NCBI GenBank assembly: GCA_040081625.1
Contig: JBEBGD010000020.1
Span: forward strand, 1 to 64,000
DNA from: Chthoniobacteraceae bacterium
Lineage (GTDB): Bacteria; Verrucomicrobiota; Verrucomicrobiia; Chthoniobacterales; Chthoniobacteraceae
DNA length: 64,000 nucleotides
Reading direction: 5' to 3'
Shown: piece by piece, positions 40,101 to 46,833 of the stretch
How the letters are laid out: each line of letters opens with the position of its first letter
Position numbering within the stretch: the first letter of the stretch is position 1
The notes under the pieces: model-generated
Database searches by the model: none
Told to the model about the DNA's origin: nothing
Seen by the model: only the letters and a program-made list of their open reading frames with translations
Made by a program: the position numbers and the translations under genes

Positions 40101-42805
40101 CCCATGAAATTCTGCACAAACACCCGCCCCGTGACCGCATCCACCGCCACGCCCTGCGGTGCCGCGCCGGCCATCTGCCGCGTGACCATCGCGCCGAGCC
40201 CGGACACTTCCGCCGCGGCGAGCATGTCGAAGACGACGACCTGGTTGTTGCCCTGCAGCGTGACGAAAAGGTAGTCGCCACGCGGTGAGAACGCGAGCGC
40301 GGTGGCGGAGTCGCTGTTGTCGATATCGACATCGCGCATCACCGCCCCGGTGGTGAGGTCGATCTGCAGCAGCATGTTGCGCTGCGTGCTGTCGTGCGTC
40401 TGCGCGGCGTTGAAGAGCGTGCCGCGCTCCGTGTTCTGCTTCGTCGCGGCGACCCACGCCGAAAGGCCGTCGGGCGAGTAGGCGACGGCGGCGAGGTAAT
40501 TCGGCACGCCACGGCTGTTCGCGGTTCCGTCGCGATGTTCGTCGTCGCCGAGCTTCGCCAGGCGCAGCGTGCGGTTGAGCGTGAAAGTGGCCGCGTTCAC
40601 TTCCCACACGTCGCCCTGATTTTGCGCAGAGATGAAGCGCGTGACCAGCACCCGCGCCCCATCGCCGCTCACCGCGACCGCGCGCGCCGTATGGCCGAGC
40701 GCGAGATCGTTTCCGATCTGCGTGCGCGCCGCGACATCGTAGCGCCGCAACGCGCCGCTGCCGTAGAGCGAGACATACGCGTTCTGCCCATCCGGCGAGA
40801 TCGCCACGCCGAAGGGCGCGGTGCCGTAGCCCGTGGCGATGTCGGCGAGCACCGCGCCGGTGTTCGCGGCGAGCACCATCACGCGATCCGCATCGTGGCA
40901 CGTCACCCACGCATTGCCGGAAGGGTCGAGCGCGACGCTGCGCGGATCGGTGCCGACCGCGATCTCGCTGAGCACCGCGAGCGTGTCGGCATGGACGACC
41001 GTGACGGTGTTCGCATCCGGGTTCACCGTCCACACACGGCGGCTCGCCGCATCCACCACGGTCGCGCTGCTCGCGGTCGCGGTGGGGCCGGCAGGCAGCG
41101 TGAGCACGTTGATCCCGATGGTGCGGCTCGACACCGCGCCGAGCGGATCGCGCGCCTGCACGAGCGGCTTGTAGTGGCCTGCATTCGCGTAGGTGAACGC
41201 CACGCCCGCCGTCGCGCCCCACGCTGTCTTCGGCCGGCCATCGCCCGCATCGAAGCGATACTCAACGCTCTGCCCCGGCTCATCCGTGGCCGCCGCGGTG
41301 AGCACGATCTCGCCGCCGGGCGCGATGACCGGCGTGTTCGCGGTGAACGAGCTGATCACCGGCGCGACATTTCCCGCGACAGTGCTGCCGGTGGAAAAGG
41401 TGAAGCTGTAAGGCTCCATCGCATTTCCCGCCGCGTCTTCGATCCCATCGAGCACGACCTCGTAGGTCGTGTTCGCCGCGAGCGAGGCATCGGGGGTGAA
41501 AGTAATGATGCCATCGAAGGTGCGCGCAAACTGCGCAGCGAGCGGCGCGCCGCCGACAGGGCGGATGAGGATCGTGTCGCCGTTCACGATGCTGCGCGTC
41601 TCCAGCGTCTCGTGGATCAGGATGCTGATCGGCGAGGCCACCGGGTAATTCGTCTGCCCGGCGCGCGGGATGTGGTAGCCGACTTCCGGCGGGCGCGTGT
41701 CCGCGTCGGTCTGATGCACCCACACCGTCATGCCTTGCTGATCGCCGTAGCCGCCGAGGATGACGAGATTTCCCAGCGGCAGCGCGAACTGGCTCGCATC
41801 CATGCCGTTCGCCTCGGTGTTGAACGAGAGCGCCACTTCCTTCGAGCGCAGATCGATCTTGTGATTGCCCATGAAGGCGTAGTCGTCCTGGAACATCACA
41901 TACATCGTCTGGTCCTCGTCCGGCAGTTCCTTGTCGATGACCCACTGCGGATCGGTCGGGTCGGTGACATCGACCATGCGGAAGCCGTGATTCCCTTCGT
42001 TGAACTCGCGTCGATACGGCCACACCACGTAGAGCCGTCCTCCCCCGCCCCACATGCTCGGCCAGTATCCGCCCGGCCCGCCGTCGGTCAGCGTGCTCAG
42101 CAACACGGGATTGTTCAGGTCGCTGATGTCGTAGATCGCCAGCCCGGTGCGGCTTTGATCTGACGCCATGAAGAGGATGTTCCCGACGATGAACGGATGT
42201 CCGATCACACCCGTGAGCGCGAGGTGATCCCAGTTTGCGAAGTTCTGCCACTGACCCGTCTGGATGTTGCGACGGCGCAGGTTCGCGTTCTGAACGAAGT
42301 CGTTATAGCTCCAGAAAGTCGGATCGGCGTTGAACGGATGAAACATCGAGCCGCGCTGCCCCACGCCACCCGCCTGATACAGCTCCGCGAAGGGTCCGCG
42401 CGTGTTGACCCCATACGTCGCCGTCGCCGCGAAGGACATCTGCGTCGGGAAGTTGTTGCCGATGACGAGCTGGTTGTTTCGATAGAAATACCCATGCGCC
42501 ATCACCGGCATGTGCGACGTGCCGAGCGTTTCGATCACCGCGGGATTCGCCGGATCCGAAAAGTCCCATGACCGCGCGAGGACGCTCGATCCCGGCGCGC
42601 TGCCCGGCGCTTCCGGCGCGGTGTAGATCAGCCCGTTGTGCCACGCGATGATCGCGGTGCGCCCATCGGTGGCGGCGATGCGGGCGGGCGTGAGAAGCTC
42701 GCCCGCGACGGGCCGGGCGATGTTTGGAAAGCCTGCGCCCATCGCTACCGGGGCCAGGCCCGCGAGCGCGACTGCGATGCCGAGATACCGAGATGGATGT
42801 TTCAT
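37181..42805 (-). CDS. Secreted LVIVD-like propeller + Ig/PKD + YVTN/YncE propeller + di-heme cytochrome c peroxidase-like domain + CBM/lectin-like domains + conserved C-terminal tail
   Basis: Signal peptide MKHPSRYLGIAVALAGLAPVAMG; 'IAVGTDPRSVA' and 'PFGVAISPDG'; CASCH (39914-39928), CVSCH (39518-39532), 'HWSGNFDEVQDFE' and 'PTLRGVW.NAPFFHDG'. Confidence 0.85.
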   Translation of the reverse strand: MKHPSRYLGIAVALAGLAPVAMGAGFPNIARPVAGELLTPARIAATDGRTAIIAWHNGLIYTAPEAPGSAPGSSVLARSWDFSDPANPAVIETLGTSHMPVMAHGYFYRNNQLVIGNNFPTQMSFAATATYGVNTRGPFAELYQAGGVGQRGSMFHPFNADPTFWSYNDFVQNANLRRRNIQTGQWQNFANWDHLALTGVIGHPFIVGNILFMASDQSRTGLAIYDISDLNNPVLLSTLTDGGPGGYWPSMWGGGGRLYVVWPYRREFNEGNHGFRMVDVTDPTDPQWVIDKELPDEDQTMYVMFQDDYAFMGNHKIDLRSKEVALSFNTEANGMDASQFALPLGNLVILGGYGDQQGMTVWVHQTDADTRPPEVGYHIPRAGQTNYPVASPISILIHETLETRSIVNGDTILIRPVGGAPLAAQFARTFDGIITFTPDASLAANTTYEVVLDGIEDAAGNAMEPYSFTFSTGSTVAGNVAPVISSFTANTPVIAPGGEIVLTAAATDEPGQSVEYRFDAGDGRPKTAWGATAGVAFTYANAGHYKPLVQARDPLGAVSSRTIGINVLTLPAGPTATASSATVVDAASRRVWTVNPDANTVTVVHADTLAVLSEIAVGTDPRSVALDPSGNAWVTCHDADRVMVLAANTGAVLADIATGYGTAPFGVAISPDGQNAYVSLYGSGALRRYDVAARTQIGNDLALGHTARAVAVSGDGARVLVTRFISAQNQGDVWEVNAATFTLNRTLRLAKLGDDEHRDGTANSRGVPNYLAAVAYSPDGLSAWVAATKQNTERGTLFNAAQTHDSTQRNMLLQIDLTTGAVMRDVDIDNSDSATALAFSPRGDYLFVTLQGNNQVVVFDMLAAAEVSGLGAMVTRQMAGAAPQGVAVDAVTGRVFVQNFMGRSLSVVPAAALFDTGSISLANSTVSTVANEPLSAAVLLGKRIFYHADERMSAEGYISCASCHTDGGSDGRVWDFTQRGEGLRNTVELRGRSGIGHGRVHWSGNFDEVQDFENDIRGFFGGNGFLTNEQFAAAQHPLGAAKAGQSADLDALAAYVTSLGNEHLPRSPSRAADGSLTVAAEAGRQVFSAMNCVSCHSGTALTDSSTNALHNVGTLRTTSGQRLGAALTGIDAPTLRGVWANAPFFHDGSARTLDDVFTVAGGTVYQAEAGSVTGGTIQTGANGNVFINWDNTVMGGLVQLNSNGVATRTDVDGGIGGIGAVEIRYSATTGGQATIRVNGQSHAVTLVGTGNAPAFRTTFWSTARAENVPLLAGANNTVEILRAGGDWAVDHFTVSTLNDLVDAVPHRSVPAGERANLLAYLRSLDGSAVTVDAADAPFVSIAPSVGQGSPVRWPFVDFDIVFSTAVTGFAEDDLIVGGSAGATWVVLIPQGGGMIYRARLGGFTGNGSVTLRLNIGAASAGGVASRAALPVSADYVSPVPVIDPLASLGDEFQDAGSLANWQRLHQTEGWNADKLATWDVNTTRSGHMRLMPVASGWYQDYAGPYVFRTVTGDFVATVRMDVSRRNDAAGRPSTNFSFGGLMVRVPRAFANAGASPGSDWIAGTENRVAFNFGTADPIAQPNANQWQCIVSNTTNSVSTFYTSTQGVPLGENTVTMQLVRVGSAIVLLRQHPGGQWIVEQRFTRADFPATLQIGINTATHFNAISGLSAFDHNRTVIAAGTPDVVVDAEWFRLATPAPALTSTVLNALPLTGQFGPVQLLANSSLGDAAAPVPVVVDGQSYAAWLVANRSAADLAYPAATDPLGDANQDGRPNLLDYVAPGGLDLDLIGPPEARTAQLGFIRNADARGVTLIAEESDDLITWTPLATSINGATPGGPAGVSEGGGTLRSVAVTTTAPADRTYYRLRAILQNHAP

Positions 42806-42809
42806 TGAT

Positions 42810-42840
42810 GGCTTTACGCAAACTCCGAGGCGCCCGTTAC
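42810..42840 (-). promoter_or_regulatory. Putative ECF sigma promoter GTAAC-N17-CGTAA (copy 2)
   Basis: Minus strand GTAACGGGCGCCTCGGAGTTTGCGTAAAGCC, then 4 nt, then ATG 42805. Confidence 0.75.
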
Positions 42841-42911
42841 AGCCGCGAACGAGGATTCGCGGTTGGCGTTCCGGGGCGGCTCCGGCTACCTCTGCCGCAT
42901 GTCTGAAGCCC

Positions 42912-44648
42912 ATGCCTGACTCCAACCTTCACGCTGCGCGCGTGCGCGGCGCCTTCGAGACAGCGCTGCGCGACGAAGGCGCGGCCGGCGGCTGGGTGCC
43001 GCCGGCACCGGAGGCGATCGGGCCGCTGTTTCCGGCGTTCGAGATCGAGGCGCTGCTCGGGCGCGGCGGGATGGGCGCGGTCTATCGCGCGCGGCAGAAG
43101 TCGCTCGACCGGCTCGTCGCGATCAAGCTGCTGCCGTTTGAGCTCGGCGTGCGCGAGGATTTCGCCGAGCGCTTTCGCCGCGAAGCCACGTCGCTCGCGC
43201 GGCTCAGCCATCCGCACATCGTCGCGGTGCATGACTTCGGGCAGGCGGACGACGGGCACTTCTTCATGGTGATGGAATACGTCGAGGGCTCCGACCTCGC
43301 CGCGCGGCTGCAAGCGGGGCCGCTGCCGCCGGAGGACGCGCTCGCCATCGTGCGGCAGGTTTGCGACGCGCTCGAGTTCGCGCATTCGCAAGGCGTCGTG
43401 CATCGCGACATCAAGCCGGGCAATGTCCTGCTCGACGCCACGGGTCGCGTGAAGGTGACCGACTTCGGCATCGCGCAGCTCGCCGGCGACGAGCCGCGCA
43501 CCGCGCTGACCGCGACCGGCGTGATGCTCGGCACGCCCGAATACGTCGCGCCCGAGCAGATGCTCCCCGCGGCGACGGTGGATCACCGCGCGGATATTTT
43601 CAGCGTCGGCGTGATGCTCTACGAACTGCTCACCGGTCAGCTCCCGCGCGGCGTCTTCCGCCCGCTCGCGCAGCTCGTCCCCGCCGCGCGCTCTCTCGAT
43701 CGCGTGCTGACGCGCGCCTTGCAAAGCGAACCGGGCCGCCGCTTCTCCTCCGTGCGCGAGCTGAGCGCGGAACTCACTGTGCTCGATCGCCCGCGTCCCG
43801 CGTGGCGCGTCGCTGCGCTGTTCGTCGTCGCGGCAGCGTTGGCCGCTTTGGTCTGGTGGCAGTCGGCGCCGCCCGCGCCGACGCCCGCCGCATTCACCAA
43901 CAGTCTCGGACTGCGCTTCGTCCCCGCCGGCACGCCCGGCGTTTTTTTCTGCACCACGGAGACGCGGCTGCGCGATTTCACCGCGTTCGCGCACGCGCAA
44001 AGCATGGAAGCCTACGGCCCGATGTGGGTGAACTTCGCCGGAGCCGAGGAGGGCTGGCACTCGGTGAATGCGACGTGGAAGCAGCCCGGCTTCGCGCAGA
44101 CCGACGAGCATCCCGTCGTGGGCGTCACGCAGATCGAAGCGATCGCGTTTTGTGAATGGCTCACCGCGCACGAACGCGCATCGGGCCGCATCGGCGCGGA
44201 GGATCGCTACCGGCTGCCGACGAATGAGGAATGGAGCGTCGCCGTGGGGCTCGACGCCGACGCGCACTTCCCGAGCGGCCGCTATCCGTGGGGCGCACAC
44301 TTCCCTCCGCCCAACCCGGCGGGCAACTACGCGAGCGACGAAACGCGCGGCGCCGAAGGCGAGCACGCCGCCCTCGACGTGATCGCCGGCTATCGCGATG
44401 GCCACGCCTTCACCGCACCCGTCGGCAGCTTCGCGCCCGATGCGCACGGCCTGCACGACCTCGGCGGCAACGTGTGGGAATGGACCGACGACGGCCCGGA
44501 CCGGCCGTCCACGCTGCGCGGCGCGAGCTGGTGGGACTCCCGCGCGGCGAAGCTCGACGCCGCCTGCGCGGTCACTCACGAGCGCAACCTGCGCTGCTAC
44601 TGCTTCGGCTTTCGCGCCGTGCTCGAGCGCAAAGCGGCGCCGCGATGA
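42912..44648 (+). CDS. Hanks-type Ser/Thr kinase with TM helix and C-terminal FGE-sulfatase (SUMF1/C-type lectin fold) domain
   Basis: GRGGMG, VAIK, HRDIKPGN, DFG and GTPEYVAPE; TM 'VAALFVVAAALAALVWW'; 'RLPTNEEW', 'GNVWEW' and 'GFR'. Confidence 0.92.
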   Translation: MPDSNLHAARVRGAFETALRDEGAAGGWVPPAPEAIGPLFPAFEIEALLGRGGMGAVYRARQKSLDRLVAIKLLPFELGVREDFAERFRREATSLARLSHPHIVAVHDFGQADDGHFFMVMEYVEGSDLAARLQAGPLPPEDALAIVRQVCDALEFAHSQGVVHRDIKPGNVLLDATGRVKVTDFGIAQLAGDEPRTALTATGVMLGTPEYVAPEQMLPAATVDHRADIFSVGVMLYELLTGQLPRGVFRPLAQLVPAARSLDRVLTRALQSEPGRRFSSVRELSAELTVLDRPRPAWRVAALFVVAAALAALVWWQSAPPAPTPAAFTNSLGLRFVPAGTPGVFFCTTETRLRDFTAFAHAQSMEAYGPMWVNFAGAEEGWHSVNATWKQPGFAQTDEHPVVGVTQIEAIAFCEWLTAHERASGRIGAEDRYRLPTNEEWSVAVGLDADAHFPSGRYPWGAHFPPPNPAGNYASDETRGAEGEHAALDVIAGYRDGHAFTAPVGSFAPDAHGLHDLGGNVWEWTDDGPDRPSTLRGASWWDSRAAKLDAACAVTHERNLRCYCFGFRAVLERKAAPR

Positions 44649-45376
44649 TCCAGGAACCTTCCGCCTTCAAAGCCACGCGCTGGAGCCTCGTCGCGCGCGC
44701 CGCATCGCCCGCCGAACCCGCCGCGCGCGCCGCGCTCGATGAACTGTGCCGGCTCTACTGGCAGCCGCTCCACGCGCTCGCCTGCCGCACTGGCCTCAGC
44801 GCGGCGGATGCGGACGACGCGACGCAGTCCTTCTTCGCCGAGTTCCTCCGCCACGAGCGCTTCACGGTCGCCGATCCGCTGCGCGGAAAACTGCGCACCT
44901 TCCTCTGCACCGCGTTTGCGAATCACCTGCGCGATCTGCACCGGCGCGCCGCCACGCAGCAGCGCGGCGGCGACCGCATCCACCTATCCATCGACGCCGC
45001 GCCCGACGACGACACTCCGCCGCTCGATCCCGCCGACCCGGCGAATCCCGCGCGCGACTTCGACCACGCCTGGGCGCTCGCGACGATGGATGCCGCCGTC
45101 GCCCGGCTCGAGACCGAGCTCGCCGCGAAAGGCCGCGCGGGCACGCTCGATCCGTATCGCGCCTTCCTCGGCTTCGAGGCCGGCGGGGGCGAAGACTACG
45201 CTGCAACCGCGCGCACGCTCGGCCTCACCGAAGGCGCGGTCCGAGTGAACGTCTGCCGGTTGCGAAAGCAATTCCGTGACGCGCTCTTCGCCGTGATCGC
45301 CGACACGCTCGACGACCCAAGCGAGGAAAACATCCGCGCCGAAGTCCGCGCGGTGATCGACGCGCTCACGGCGTAG
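44645..45376 (+). CDS. ECF sigma factor of the kinase-associated type
   Basis: 'F.ATRWSLV', 'LCRLYWQPL', 'DADDATQSFF' and region 4 'YAATARTLGLTEGAVRVNVCRLRK'; ATGA overlap with the kinase stop. Confidence 0.88.
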   Translation: MIQEPSAFKATRWSLVARAASPAEPAARAALDELCRLYWQPLHALACRTGLSAADADDATQSFFAEFLRHERFTVADPLRGKLRTFLCTAFANHLRDLHRRAATQQRGGDRIHLSIDAAPDDDTPPLDPADPANPARDFDHAWALATMDAAVARLETELAAKGRAGTLDPYRAFLGFEAGGGEDYAATARTLGLTEGAVRVNVCRLRKQFRDALFAVIADTLDDPSEENIRAEVRAVIDALTA

Positions 45377-46679
45377 CGGCTTCGGATCCGACCCACGCTT
45401 CGCGCCGCGAAAAATACATCGTGAGCGCGAGGAAACCGCAGAGGCAGAGCGTCGGAATGACGAGCACGGCGAACGTCGGCTCCTCGACGTTCCACGGGCC
45501 GACGCGGTAATCGACCCGGAGGGTGCCGGCGCCCGCGCCTTTGAAGAGCTTTCCGAACGTGGACCCGAGAACGCCGTGGATGAAACCGAGCGCGCTGAGA
45601 TTGCGATAGCGGGCGTCCATGAAGAGCCACGCGAGGATGGTCCCGAGACCGGTCGTCACGAGCACGAGACCGTAGGAGTCGATGTGGATGAGGCCGAAGA
45701 TCGAACCGGCAAGCGTGGCGACGAGCATCCGGCGCCGATCGCGGCAATAGAAGTGCGCCCAGAGCGCGCCGATCGGAAACGCGAAGACCGCGAACCAAGC
45801 GAGCATCGCGAGCGGGGCGTGGTTCGCGCCGTAGAGATTGCGGACGGCGAGCCAAAACGCCGGCGCAATGGTCGTCGCAGTCAGCAACCCGCCAATCGCC
45901 ACGAACCGAGGCCGAAGCGCCAGCGGCACCGACTTCTCCGCGGCTGGCGCGGGCGCGAAGCCCTTTCGCAGCCGGGTCGCAAAATACGACGTGAACAGGA
46001 ACTGCTGCGCGTAGCCCCAGAACATATAGGCGATCGCATCGAGGCCCCAGCGGGCCGCGTCGAAGTTTGCGAAAACTGCCGGCCCGCGATGAAGCATCGC
46101 GCCCGCGCCCGCGAAAACGAAAAGTCCGGCGGACACGCACAGCGCCGCGCGGAATGCCGGGGCGTAGTTGTCGTAACGGATCGCACACGTCGCGACGAAT
46201 ACCGAGAGCGCACCGGCGATGGCGCACACCGGCACCCATCCGTGTGGAGCGAGGATCCACTGCCGCGCCGCGACGGGCAGCCGGAGCATGCGCGCCGACT
46301 CGGGCCAATTCGCGACGGTCAGCAGGAAGATGACGCAGGCGATCGTGACGACCGCGCCGACAAGTCGCACGCGTCGGAAGCCGCGCCGCTCACGGATCGT
46401 CCGCCAGAGCTCGCGCGGGTTGCCGACGCCGAGCGACTCCGCCGTGTCGCCGTGTAATCGCGGGCTGACAAACACGACCCACACAAACAGCGCGACCAGC
46501 GGCCACTGCGCGACCTGGCGCACGGCCGCATTGTCGCCGAGCACTCCCCAGCCGTAGCAGAACGGCCACATGATCACGAAAAGCGCCGTCGTGACTCCAA
46601 GCGCCTCGATCACATTCGCGCGGCGCGAGCAGCGCTCGGGCTCGAGTTCTCCGATGGTATTGATGATTGATGGAGTCAT
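45366..46679 (-). CDS. Polytopic membrane protein, CPBP (CAAX/Abi) family-like
   Basis: 'QQFLF' where EExxFR is expected, 'FGLIH' and 'GFIHG'; start placed at ATG 46679 because upstream in-frame codons are a repeat element. Confidence 0.6.
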   Translation of the reverse strand: MTPSIINTIGELEPERCSRRANVIEALGVTTALFVIMWPFCYGWGVLGDNAAVRQVAQWPLVALFVWVVFVSPRLHGDTAESLGVGNPRELWRTIRERRGFRRVRLVGAVVTIACVIFLLTVANWPESARMLRLPVAARQWILAPHGWVPVCAIAGALSVFVATCAIRYDNYAPAFRAALCVSAGLFVFAGAGAMLHRGPAVFANFDAARWGLDAIAYMFWGYAQQFLFTSYFATRLRKGFAPAPAAEKSVPLALRPRFVAIGGLLTATTIAPAFWLAVRNLYGANHAPLAMLAWFAVFAFPIGALWAHFYCRDRRRMLVATLAGSIFGLIHIDSYGLVLVTTGLGTILAWLFMDARYRNLSALGFIHGVLGSTFGKLFKGAGAGTLRVDYRVGPWNVEEPTFAVLVIPTLCLCGFLALTMYFSRREAWVGSEAATP

Positions 46680-46718
46680 CCCGAAAGATTCCGCCTCGTC
46701 CCAGAGACTGCTGAAACA

Positions 46719-46800
46719 GTCCACAGATTTCACGGATGGACACAGATTCGTCCCGACAGTCCGTTCAGCTTCTCTGTGAAAATCAGTGCAATCTGTGGAC
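46719..46800. repeat. Palindromic element of ~9-bp CACAGATTT-like units
   Basis: GTCCACAGATT (46719-46729) and AATCTGTGGAC (46790-46800) are perfect inverted repeats; about three degenerate units per arm. Confidence 0.8.
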
Positions 46801-46833
46801 AACCACCGACGCGTCGAACTCGTCAACAGGCTG

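Noticed and set aside
44460..44640. FGE-sulfatase C-terminus as a diversity-generating retroelement variable region
   Set aside because: The fold is a typical DGR target, but I found no second copy (template repeat) and no reverse transcriptase in the window.
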